64,000 bases of DNA from an uncultured delta proteobacterium (GTDB lineage Bacteria; Desulfobacterota; Desulfobacteria; Desulfobacterales; Desulfosalsimonadaceae). Shown piece by piece: positions 1-9,828 of the stretch. The stretch lies in assembly GCA_963826785.1 (NCBI GenBank), contig CAWGYD010000002.1, forward strand, positions 1-64,000, in the 5' to 3' direction. Each line of letters starts with the position of its first letter. The stretch's first letter is position 1. The notes under the pieces were generated by a model. That model was not told the origin of the DNA, ran no database searches, and saw only the letters and a program-made list of their open reading frames with translations. Made by a program: the position numbers and the translations under genes.

Positions 1-16
1 GATGTATCGCTGGCTA

Positions 17-3000
17 AAGAAGGCTCGAACAGGTGCGCCAAGATATTTTCATCCATTCCGGATCCATTGTCCCCAACGACCAGCATCACATATTCCCCTG
101 GAGTCAATTCCGGATGATTGGCACAATACGCGTCATCGATAACAATATTTTTCGTTTCGATGGTGATGTTGCCCCCTTCGGTGATGGCATCCCGGGCATT
201 GATGCAGAGGTTTGCCAGAATCTGGTCGACCTGGGCCGGGTCCATGTTGACCGGCCACAGCCCCTCCCCGGGTATCCATGCCAGGTCAATGTCTTCTCCG
301 ATAAGGCGCCGAAGCATTTTCAGCATGCCCGTCAACGTCATGTTCAGGTTGATCACCCGCGGATTGATGGTCTGCTTGCGGGCGAATGCCAGCAGCTGCC
401 GGGTAATATCCGCAGAGCGATTCGCCACCTTGAGGATCTCTTCCAGTTCATCATGCAGCGGCTGATGGAAACCGGTTTTTTCAAGGGCCAGTTCGGTATA
501 ACCGATGATCACGTTGAGCATGTTGTTGTAATCATGGGCCACCCCCCCTGCCAGCCGGCCCACGGATTCCATCTTCTGGGCCTGCTGAAACTCGGGCGGA
601 TAACCGGAGATGTTCGGAAATATCCCGTTTGACGGCCACATAGTTGACGATGCGGCCCGAGGCATTCAGCACCGGAGAAATAGTTGACTCTTCGTGAAGA
701 ATGTTCCGTCTTTTCGCCGGTTGACCATGCGGCCCTCCCATTTCCGGCCGCTGGCGATGGTTGCCCACATCTCACGATAAAAACCTTCCATGCCTTGTTG
801 ACCGCTCCTGAGGATACGCGGAGTTTTGCCGATGGCCTCTTCCCGGGTATAGCCGGTTACCGTCTCGAATGAGGGGTTCACAAACTGGATTTTGCCATCG
901 GCACTCGTAATGACAATCATTTCTCCGGTCTGTTCGATGGCCGCCATGAGGCGCTCCCGCTCGGCCTCGGGATCTGCGCTCGGTGATGTCCACATTCACG
1001 ATGACACCACCGTCGATTTCACCGTTTTCGCCGATCACGGGTGCCGTGTAGTTCAGGATCGTCTTTTTCCGGCCGTCAAAGGCGTCGATTCCAGTTCCCG
1101 TCCAGAATCGTCTCGCCCATTTTGATCGTACGGATGAGTGCCCAGTCTTCAGCAGCAAGCGCCTTCCCGGAAGGCAATCGACGCGCCTGAAGATGCCGTA
1201 TTCATCAGGCGCGGTTTGTGTTCTGTGCCCCAGATCCGAACGCCGGCCGGGTTGCCCCCGAGCAGTTTGCCGTCTTTATCGGCAAACCAGAGCCCGATGG
1301 GAAGGATGTCGAAGACTTTGCGCATGCGGCTTTCGCTTTTCCGCAGATCGGATACCCGCCGGGATAGTTCCCGGCGAAGGGTCCTGGACCAGATGAAAAA
1401 TGCCGCAGGCAGACCAGCAAAGGGACGGCAACAATGGCAATGTATACGGCAATGGTGGTGAAAGGCGGTTTCGAACTGTCGTAAATTCCGATCCATTTGT
1501 TATATATGGAACGGTATTGACCGGTTTCTTCGATAATCTTCAGCCCTTCGCTGAGCTGTGCAAGAAGCGCTTTTCGGTTATTCGGCACGGCAAAGCCGTA
1601 TTCCGGGGAAAGGATCGGTTTCTGGCCCAGGACCAGATTTTTCCATCCGTTTTTTTCAATCAGATATACAGCCGTCAGACGAGAAACCAATGCACAATCG
1701 TACTTCCCCGCGACCAGTTCCCGCAATGCATCCTCCTGCGTTTCAACTGGGGTGATCTGCCCCGCAAGGCCATATTTATCGGCAAAATTGTGCATGATAT
1801 CTCCGCGCTGAACAACGATGTCCATGCCGGAAAGCCCTTCAACCGTGGAAGGGGGTACGCCTTCTTTTTTTCGGATGACACTGATGTAATTATTTACCAT
1901 ATACGGCTGGGTGAAATCGTAAACCAGGTCGCGTTCAGGCGAATAGAGCATCCCCTGAATGGCATCGATTTCACCGCGGTCCAGGGCAGCTATGATCTCT
2001 GACCACGGCCCGAGCCGAATCTCGATTTCCAGCCCGGCCTCACGGGCCACCGCCCGCACGATATCGACATTGTATCCTGCAGGACGGCCATTTTCATCCA
2101 GAAATTCAAAAGGCGGGTATTTGAAGTCCCCGCCGATAATCAGGCGGTGGTGAGCGGGAAGCTCCAATGCGGCAAACCATTTGGCATGAAGATGGCTGTA
2201 GGTGCCATCAGCCGTAACGATGGCAAGCCCCTCGTTGAGAAGCGCAAGCGTATCTTTATCCCCTTCGTGAACGGCAAAACAGAAATCCTGCCGAAATCCG
2301 GGGATCTGCTTTTCGATGATCCGTAAATTCCCCAGGCCTGATTCCCGTATCAGGCGTATGGCGACAAGCCGGGAGATCAACACCGCGTCATGGCGCCCAT
2401 TCGAGAGCTGTTTCAGGGCGTCAACAAAGGTGTCGGTGGTGTGAAGGTCTATTTCAGGGTGAGTTCTGCGCAGAAACTCTTCTGCATTATCGCCTTTCAT
2501 GACCGCGACCCGTCGACCTTTAAGGTCGCCGATGCCCTTTATCCTGCGGTCATCATCCCTGACCACGATGGCACCGTGGAGTGAAAGATAGGGAAATGTA
2601 AAATCAAAGATCTGTTCTCGTTCAGGCGTTCGTCCCACCAGCGGAAGCACATCGATCTTGCCGCGCGCCAGCAGGTCTTTGATTTCTGCCCATACGCCTG
2701 CCTGGAAGGTGACATCGCGCCCCATGATGTGAACTGCCGCTTCAAGAAGTTCAACTGAAAAACCATCGGGTTTGCCTTTTTTATCCACCAGACAGAAAGG
2801 AGGGTAATCGTACTCAGAACCAGCCGTTATAATGGGCCTTATCTGGAGGGGGTTGCCGGCATCCGCCGAAACGGGTGACAACCATATCATCAGGCAACAA
2901 AGTATCGCAAAGATTACGATATCTGTCCTTCTGAAAAACCGGCCAGGGGTGCTCACTCGATCAGTTCTTTTAATCAGGCATTCCCCGATATTTTCGTTGA

Positions 3001-3067
3001 AGTGAGAGGGGTTTAAAACGCGTGTGAAAAAACAGTCCGATTCTACCACAATCGAACGCTTGGCCAA
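17..3067 (-). pseudogene. Mirror copy of the hybrid sensor kinase at 4540-8175; frameshifted and truncated
   Basis: ORF 1205..3067(-) is nearly identical to the first ~555 aa of 4540..8175, then shifts frame. Further pieces appear in ORFs 772..1158, 666..995 and 532..768. Confidence 0.9.
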
Positions 3068-3271
3068 AGGAATTAAAAGAAAAATTTGTTTAACTGAACC
3101 ACTATTGGCCGAACGGAAGACCGGATATCGGGCGGATAGGCGGGTTTTATTAATTTAAAATGGCGTTTACACGTTCAGCAATGAACAGGGGCAGTCAGTT
3201 ATGTGAACCCCGCGCTAAGGTGCATGGTTGCAATAAAAAAAGGGGTTACAATTTGTAACCCCTTGATTTTA

Positions 3272-3348
3272 TGGTGGGCCGTGAAGGAATCGAACCTTCA
3301 ACCTACTGATTAAGAGTCAGGTGCTCTGCCTGATTGAGCTAACGGCCC
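3272..3348 (-). tRNA. tRNA-Lys(CTT), mirror copy
   Basis: Exact reverse complement of 4258-4334. Confidence 0.93.
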
Positions 3349-3475
3349 CAGCTGTTTTTTGAAAAAACCCTGATTAGCAGGTTCAACCGGGGTTGTCAAT
3401 TTAATTTTAAACCCCAAACCCGGATGCCGCAAACAGGACAGGCCTGTAAATCGACATTGACTGAACGTCGGGCGG

Positions 3476-3825
3476 TTACTCATCGGGCCAGAAATGCTTT
3501 TTTTCACGGCGCAGACGCTTTTTGTTGGTTTTCCAGTCTTCCCCCTTGTGCGGTTTGTCCGTCGGCTTTCCTCCATGGAGCTTGCCGGCGGCCATCGGGA
3601 AGGTGCCGGCCCGGGCCTTGCGGATATAATCATCGAGAGGATCGACGGGTCTTTTCTCTTTTTCGGGGGCTTTGGGCAGCGGCGGCCCGGTGAAGCAGTC
3701 CGGGGGGATTGAATTTGCCAGGTAGAGCGATTCGCCGAAGGATAAAAATTGAACGCCGGCCTCGAGCGCTTTTCCGGCCTGGATCGTCAGCAGCACCGGG
3801 TGCGCATCCCTGCGGCTGCCGATCC
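3476..3825 (-). pseudogene. 3' part of an RNA 2'-phosphotransferase (KptA/Tpt1 family)-like gene, cut by the fold-back
   Basis: Minus frame reads IGSRRDAHPVLLTIQAGKALEAGVQFLSFGESLYLANSIPP through the palindrome centre. This resembles the KptA C-terminal pattern G-R..P-v-lL-I-A...Gv-F...yLa..IPp. Confidence 0.65.
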
Positions 3826-4130
3826 AGGCCGGAAAAGCGCTCGAGGCCGGCGTTCAATTTTTATCCTTCGGCGAATCGCTCTACCTGGCAAATTCAATCC
3901 CCCCGGACTGCTTCACCGGGCCGCCGCTGCCCAAAGCCCCCGAAAAAGAGAAAAAACCCATCGATCCTCTCGATGATTATATCCGCAAGGCCCGGGCCGG
4001 CACCTTCCCCATGGCCGCCGGCAAGCTCCATGGAGGAAAGCCGACGGACAAACCGCACAAGGGGGAAGACTGGAAAACCAACAAAAAGCGTCTGCGCCGT
4101 GAAAAAAAGCATTTCTGGCCCGATGAGTAA
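3821..4130 (+). pseudogene. Same kptA-like 3' fragment on the right arm
   Basis: IQAGKALEAG...KKHFWPDE* ending at TAA 4128-4130; no start codon on this arm. Confidence 0.65.
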
Positions 4131-4206
4131 CCGCCCGACGTTCAGTCAATGTCGATTTACAGGCCTGTCCTGTTTGCGGCATCCGGGTTTGGGGTTTAAA
4201 ATTAAA

Positions 4207-4235
4207 TTGACAAGCCCGGTTGAACCTGCTAATCA
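4207..4235 (+). promoter_or_regulatory. Putative sigma70 promoter of tRNA-Lys
   Basis: TTGACA-N17-TAATCA with TG at the extended -10 position. Confidence 0.45.
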
Positions 4236-4257
4236 GGGTTTTTTCAAAAAACAGCTG

Positions 4258-4334
4258 GGGCCGTTAGCTCAATCAGGCAGAGCACCTGACTCTTAATCAG
4301 TAGGTTGAAGGTTCGATTCCTTCACGGCCCACCA
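4258..4334 (+). tRNA. tRNA-Lys(CTT)
   Basis: GGGCCGT/ACGGCCC acceptor stem, anticodon loop CTCTTAA, GGTTCGATTCC T-arm, encoded CCA. Confidence 0.97.
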
Positions 4335-4341
4335 TAAAATC

Positions 4342-4371
4342 AAGGGGTTACAAATTGTAACCCCTTTTTTT
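4342..4371 (+). terminator. Intrinsic terminator after tRNA-Lys
   Basis: AAGGGGTTACAA-A-TTGTAACCCCTT followed by a T run. Confidence 0.8.
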
Positions 4372-4539
4372 ATTGCAACCATGCACCTTAGCGCAACGTT
4401 ACACATAACTGTCTGCCCCTGTTCATTGCTGAACGTGTAAACGCCATTTTAAATTAATAAAACCCGCCTATCCGCCCGATATCCGGTCTTCCGTTCGGCC
4501 AATAGTGGTTCAGTTAAACAAATTTTTCTTTTAATTCCT

Positions 4540-7500
4540 TTGGCCAAGCGTTCGATTGTGGTAGAATCGGACTGTTTTTTCACACGCGTTTTAAACCCCT
4601 CTCACTTCAACGAAAATATCGGGGAATGCCTGATTAAAAGAACTGATCGAGTGAGCACCCCTGGCCGGTTTTTCAGAAGGACAGATATCGTAATCTTTGC
4701 GATACTTTGTTGCCTGATGATATGGTTGTCACCCGTTTCGGCGGATGCCGGCAACCCCCTCCAGATAAGGCCCATTATAACGGCTGGTTCTGAGTACGAT
4801 TACCCTCCTTTCTGTCTGGTGGATAAAAAAGGCAAACCCGATGGTTTTTCAGTTGAACTTCTTGAAGCGGCAGTTCACATCATGGGGCGCGATGTCACCT
4901 TCCGGGCAGGCGTATGGGCAGAAATCAAAGACCTGCTGGCGCGCGGCAAGATCGATGTGCTTCCGCTGGTGGGACGAACGCCTGAACGAGAACAGATCTT
5001 TGATTTTACATTTCCCTATCTTTCACTCCACGGTGCCATCGTGGTCAGGGATGATGACCGCAGGATAAAGGGCATCGGCGACCTTAAAGGTCGACGGGTC
5101 GCGGTCATGAAAGGCGATAATGCAGAAGAGTTTCTGCGCAGAACTTACCCTGAAATAGACCTTCACACCACCGACACCTTTGTTGACGCCCTGAAACAGC
5201 TCTCGAATGGGCGCCATGACGCGGTGTTGATCTCCCGGCTTGTCGCCATACGCCTGATACGGGAATCAGGCCTGGGGAATTTACGGATCATCGAAAAGCA
5301 GATCCCCGGATTTCGGCAGGATTTCTGTTTTGCCGTTCACGAAGGGGATAAAGATACGCTTGCGCTTCTCAACGAGGGGCTTGCCATCGTTACGGCTGAT
5401 GGCACCTACAGCCATCTTCATGCCAAATGGTTTGCCGCATTGGAGCTTCCCGCTCACCACCGCCTGATTATCGGCGGGGACTTCAAATACCCGCCTTTTG
5501 AATTTCTGGATGAAAATGGCCGTCCTGCAGGATACAATGTCGATATCGTGCGGGCGGTGGCCCGTGAGGCCGGGCTGGAAATCGAGATTCGGCTCGGGCC
5601 GTGGTCAGAGATCATAGCTGCCCTGGACCGCGGTGAAATCGATGCCATTCAGGGGATGCTCTATTCGCCTGAACGCGACCTGGTTTACGATTTCACCCAG
5701 CCGTATATGGTAAATAATTACATCAGTGTCATCCGAAAAAAAGAAGGCGTACCCCCTTCCACGGTTGAAGGGCTTTCCGGCATGGACATCGTTGTTCAGC
5801 GCGGAGATATCATGCACAATTTTGCCGATAAATATGGCCTTGCGGGGCAGATCACCCCAGTTGAAACGCAGGAGGATGCATTGCGGGAACTGGTCGCGGG
5901 GAAGTACGATTGTGCATTGGTTTCTCGTCTGACGGCTGTATATCTGATTGAAAAAAACGGGTGGAAAAATCTGGTCCTGGGCCAGAAACCGATCCTTTCC
6001 CCGGAATACGGCTTTGCCGTGCCGAATAACCGAAAAGCGCTTCTTGCACAGCTCAGCGAAGGGCTGAAGATTATCGAAGAAACCGGTCAATACCGTTCCA
6101 TATATAACAAATGGATCGGAATTTACGACAGTTCGAAACCGCCTTTCACCACCATTGCCGTATACATTGCCATTGTTGCCGTCCCTTTGCTGGTCTGCCT
6201 GCTGGCATTTTTCATCTGGTCCAGGACCCTTCGCCGGGAAGTATCCCGGCGGGTATCCGATCTGCGGAAAAGCGAAAGCCGCATGCGCAAAGTCTTCGAC
6301 ATCCTTCCCATCGGGCTCTGGTTTGCCGATAAAGACGGCAAACTGCTCGGGGGCAACCCGGCCGGCGTTCGGATCTGGGGCGCAGAACCACAAACCGCGC
6401 CTGATGAATACGGCATCTTCAAGGCGCGTCGATTGCCTTCCGGGAAGGCGCTTGCTGCTGAAGACTGGGCACTCATCCGTACGATCAAAATGGGCGAGAC
6501 GATTCTGGACGAGGAACTGGAAATCGACGCCTTTGACGGCCGGAAAAAGACGATCCTGAACTACACGGCACCCGTGATCGGCGAAAACGGTGAAATCGAC
6601 GGTGGTGTCATCGTGAATGTGGACATCACCGAGCGCAGATCTGCCGAGGCCGAGCGGGAGCGCCTCATGGCGGCCATCGAACAGACCGGAGAAATGATTG
6701 TCATTACGAGTGCCGATGGCAAAATCCAGTTTGTGAACCCCTCATTCGAGACGGTAACCGGCTATACCCGGGAAGAGGCCATCGGCAAAACTCCGCGTAT
6801 CCTCAGGAGCGGTCAACAGGATGAAGGTTTTTATCGTGAGATGTGGGCAACCATCGCCAGCGGCCGGAAATGGGAGGGCCGCATGGTCAACCGGCGAAAA
6901 GACGGAACATTCTTCACTGAAGAGTCAACTATTTCTCCGGTGCTGAATGCCTCGGGCCGCATCGTCAACTATGTGGCCGTCAAACGGGATATTTCCGAAC
7001 ATCTCCGGTTATCCGCCCAGTTTCAGCAGGCCCAGAAGATGGAATCCGTGGGCCGGCTGGCAGGGGGGGTGGCCCATGATTACAACAACATGCTCAACGT
7101 GATCATCGGTTATACCGAACTGGCCCTTGAAAAAACCGGTTTCCATCAGCCGCTGCATGATGAACTGGAAGAGATCCTCAAGGCGGCGAATCGCTCTGCG
7201 GATATTACCCGGCAGCTGCTGGCATTCGCCCGCAAGCAGACCATCAATCCGCGGGTGATCAACCTGAACATGACGTTGACGGGCATGCTGAAAATGCTTC
7301 GGCGCCTTATCGGAGAAGACATTGACCTGGCATGGATACCCGGGGAGGGGCTGTGGCCGGTCAACATGGACCCGGCCCAGGTCGACCAGATTCTGGCAAA
7401 CCTCTGCATCAATGCCCGGGATGCCATCACCGAAGGGGGCAACATCACCATCGAAACGAAAAATATTGTTATCGATGACGCGTATTGTGCCAATCATCCG

Positions 7501-8175
7501 GAATTGACTCCAGGGGAATATGTGATGCTGGTCGTTGGGGACAATGGATCCGGAATGGATGAAAATATCTTGGCGCACCTGTTCGAGCCCTTCTTCACCA
7601 CCAAAGAAACAGGCCAGGGTACCGGCCTGGGGCTCGCCACCGTCTATGGCATCGTTCAGCAGAACAACGGATTGATCAATGTCTTGAGTAATCCTGAAAC
7701 AGGAACGCTCGTGAGCATCTACCTGCCCCGATATACGGCCTCTGAACCCGTTGATCAAAAGGGATCGAAAGTAGATATCGCCCGGGGCGACGGCGAAACC
7801 GTGCTGGTGGTGGAAGATGAGCCCGCCATCCTGAAAATGAACCGGATCATGCTGGAAAGACTGGGATACCAAGTGTTAACCGCCGCGACCGCAGAAGAAG
7901 CGCTTGATTTGGCCCATAATTCTCCGGGCGGGATCCATCTGCTCCTGACAGACGTGGTCATGCCCGGGATGAACGGCAAAGAGCTTTCCGAAAAGATGAG
8001 ATCGCTTGACCCGGGGATCAAATGTCTGTTCATGTCCGGTTACACCGCTAACGTCATTGCCCATCACGGAGTTTTAAATGCGGACATGCATTTTATTCAA
8101 AAGCCATTTTCCATGAAGAACCTGGCCGCCAAAATAAGGGAAGCGCTGAGATCGCCGGCCAATGGTAAAAACTAA
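4540..8175 (+). CDS. Hybrid sensor histidine kinase: two family-3 solute-binding domains, TM, two PAS, HisKA, HATPase, REC (true start probably further downstream)
   Basis: Two (D/K)YPPF...G.P.G repeats; TM AVYIAIVAVPLLVCLLAFFIW; H-box LAGGVAHDYNN; FEPFFTTK/GTGLGLA; C-terminal receiver (LVVEDE, TDVVMP, KPF). Confidence 0.93.
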   Translation: MAKRSIVVESDCFFTRVLNPSHFNENIGECLIKRTDRVSTPGRFFRRTDIVIFAILCCLMIWLSPVSADAGNPLQIRPIITAGSEYDYPPFCLVDKKGKPDGFSVELLEAAVHIMGRDVTFRAGVWAEIKDLLARGKIDVLPLVGRTPEREQIFDFTFPYLSLHGAIVVRDDDRRIKGIGDLKGRRVAVMKGDNAEEFLRRTYPEIDLHTTDTFVDALKQLSNGRHDAVLISRLVAIRLIRESGLGNLRIIEKQIPGFRQDFCFAVHEGDKDTLALLNEGLAIVTADGTYSHLHAKWFAALELPAHHRLIIGGDFKYPPFEFLDENGRPAGYNVDIVRAVAREAGLEIEIRLGPWSEIIAALDRGEIDAIQGMLYSPERDLVYDFTQPYMVNNYISVIRKKEGVPPSTVEGLSGMDIVVQRGDIMHNFADKYGLAGQITPVETQEDALRELVAGKYDCALVSRLTAVYLIEKNGWKNLVLGQKPILSPEYGFAVPNNRKALLAQLSEGLKIIEETGQYRSIYNKWIGIYDSSKPPFTTIAVYIAIVAVPLLVCLLAFFIWSRTLRREVSRRVSDLRKSESRMRKVFDILPIGLWFADKDGKLLGGNPAGVRIWGAEPQTAPDEYGIFKARRLPSGKALAAEDWALIRTIKMGETILDEELEIDAFDGRKKTILNYTAPVIGENGEIDGGVIVNVDITERRSAEAERERLMAAIEQTGEMIVITSADGKIQFVNPSFETVTGYTREEAIGKTPRILRSGQQDEGFYREMWATIASGRKWEGRMVNRRKDGTFFTEESTISPVLNASGRIVNYVAVKRDISEHLRLSAQFQQAQKMESVGRLAGGVAHDYNNMLNVIIGYTELALEKTGFHQPLHDELEEILKAANRSADITRQLLAFARKQTINPRVINLNMTLTGMLKMLRRLIGEDIDLAWIPGEGLWPVNMDPAQVDQILANLCINARDAITEGGNITIETKNIVIDDAYCANHPELTPGEYVMLVVGDNGSGMDENILAHLFEPFFTTKETGQGTGLGLATVYGIVQQNNGLINVLSNPETGTLVSIYLPRYTASEPVDQKGSKVDIARGDGETVLVVEDEPAILKMNRIMLERLGYQVLTAATAEEALDLAHNSPGGIHLLLTDVVMPGMNGKELSEKMRSLDPGIKCLFMSGYTANVIAHHGVLNADMHFIQKPFSMKNLAAKIREALRSPANGKN

Positions 8176-8191
8176 TAATCAAGTTGAATAT

Positions 8192-9592
8192 ATGGCAAAC
8201 ATTCTCATCATCGATGACGATCCGGCCATCTGCAGGCTGTTGGAAAGATTCTTCCAACGGGAAAACCATCACACCGACTATGCCCTTTCCCTGGGCGATG
8301 GATTGACAAAGGCACGCCAACACCCCTTTGACGTGATTTTTCTGGATGTCAACCTGCCGGATGGAAACGGGCTGAACGCCCTTGCCCAGATCACCGCTGC
8401 GCCTTCAGCACCGGAGGTGATCATTCTGACGGGCATGGGCGACCCGGATGGTGCTGAACTGGCCATTCATACCGGCGCCTGGACCTACATCGTCAAGCCG
8501 CCGTCCATGAACGACATCATGCTGCAACTCAACCGCGCCCTCCAGTACCGCCGGGAAAAGGCGCATTCCAACTCTCCGGTGGTTCTGAAACGCGAAGGGA
8601 TCATCGGCAACAGTCCGCAGCTGGCCGAATGCCTGAACCAGGTCGCCCAGGTGGCCGTAAGCGATCTTTCGGTGCTCGTCACCGGGGAAACCGGAACAGG
8701 CAAAGAAATGATCGCCCGTGCGATACACGCCAACAGCGCCCGGTCGGAAAAACAGTTCATTGTGGTGGACTGCGCCTCCCTTCCTGAAAACCTGGTGGGC
8801 AGCATGCTGTTCGGGCATGAAAGGGGCTCCTTCACCGGGGCGCAGAAGGACCGGATCGGACTGATCAGAAAAGCGGACCAGGGGACCCTGTTTCTAGATG
8901 AAATAGGAGAGCTCCCCCTGTCACTGCAGAAGGATTTTCTTCGGGTTCTGGAAGAACACCGATTCAGGCCCCTGGGCAGCGACAGGGAAAGAGAGAGTGA
9001 TTTCCGGCTGATTGCCGCCACCAACCGGAATCTGCAAAAGATGGTGGATGCGGGCCAGTTCAGAAGCGATCTTCTCTTCCGCATCAAGACCTTTCATGTC
9101 AAGCTGCCGCCGCTCCGGGAAAGGGCCGCGGACATCCGGGAACTGGCGCTGCATTGCATGAGCGGCTTCTGCGAGCGCCAGGGAATCGAAACCAAGGGAT
9201 TTTCACCGGATTTTTTCGAAGTTCTGGCCAATTACAACTGGCCGGGAAATATCCGTGAACTGGTCAATACCATGGAGCAGGTGCTCACGGTCGCCCGGTT
9301 TGAGCCCACCATCTACCCGCGGCATCTTCCCGCGGCTATCCGCGCCCTGCATGCCCGCACCGCAGTGCACAAGAATATGGACAAAAGCGATACGCCACCC
9401 GTCCCCAACGGGCAAGACTTCCCTGCCCTTCAGTCGGTCAGAGACGCCGCCGTGGCCCAGGCCGAAAAAGAATATCTGCAAAATCTGATTGCCCATACCC
9501 GTGGCGACATCAAAAAAGCCATCCGAATATCGGGGCTTTCCCAATCCCGCTTTTATCACCTTCTCAAGAAATACGGCGTCAATCGCCGATGA
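8192..9592 (+). CDS. Sigma54-dependent response regulator (NtrC family: REC-AAA+-HTH)
   Basis: ILIIDDD receiver; GETGTGKE; GSFTGA; LFLDEIGE; WPGNIREL. Confidence 0.95.
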   Translation: MANILIIDDDPAICRLLERFFQRENHHTDYALSLGDGLTKARQHPFDVIFLDVNLPDGNGLNALAQITAAPSAPEVIILTGMGDPDGAELAIHTGAWTYIVKPPSMNDIMLQLNRALQYRREKAHSNSPVVLKREGIIGNSPQLAECLNQVAQVAVSDLSVLVTGETGTGKEMIARAIHANSARSEKQFIVVDCASLPENLVGSMLFGHERGSFTGAQKDRIGLIRKADQGTLFLDEIGELPLSLQKDFLRVLEEHRFRPLGSDRERESDFRLIAATNRNLQKMVDAGQFRSDLLFRIKTFHVKLPPLRERAADIRELALHCMSGFCERQGIETKGFSPDFFEVLANYNWPGNIRELVNTMEQVLTVARFEPTIYPRHLPAAIRALHARTAVHKNMDKSDTPPVPNGQDFPALQSVRDAAVAQAEKEYLQNLIAHTRGDIKKAIRISGLSQSRFYHLLKKYGVNRR

Positions 9593-9764
9593 TCTTCTGT
9601 TGAAACCGCTTGAGAGAACGCAGGAATTTGCGATTCCTCCTGCACAAGAAATTTTCCTGCCAGATAAGAATTTCCGGTGAAGAATCCTCCTGAAATTCAA
9701 TCCTTATCTCCATGTTTCCTGACAACCTGTTGAAAAAATTAACATCTAATTTTATCTTAGTTTT

Positions 9765-9780
9765 TGGCACACATTTTGTA
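9765..9780 (+). promoter_or_regulatory. Putative sigma54 (-24/-12) promoter
   Basis: TGGCACACATTTTGTA (GG-N10-GT variant), after an AT-rich tract and ~50 bp before the next start codon. Confidence 0.6.
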
Positions 9781-9828
9781 TTTCCTTGATCAGGGTATCG
9801 GAAAACAACTGTCAATCAGGAGAATAAA

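Larger units (their letters stand above)
17..7595. repeat. Giant inverted repeat (two ~3.8 kb arms, centre ~3803); probable fold-back chimera/assembly artefact
   Basis: Mirror positions near the centre sum to 7606 (tRNA 3272/4334 and 3348/4258; stop codons 3476/4130). Mirrored ORFs occur on both strands. Many indels in the left arm at 1-1500. Confidence 0.97.

Noticed and set aside
33..2002. Plus-strand ORFs 33..632 and 1400..2002, and the many antisense ORFs across the window
   Set aside because: Shadow frames of real genes in GC-rich DNA, with no motifs or SD.
3272..3348. Second genuine tRNA-Lys gene
   Set aside because: It is part of the mirrored arm and probably not an independent locus.
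3787..3819. Protelomerase hairpin telomere at the palindrome centre
   Set aside because: The centre is GC-rich coding sequence within a kptA-like frame, no telomere resolvase gene is nearby, and the left arm shows an error gradient.
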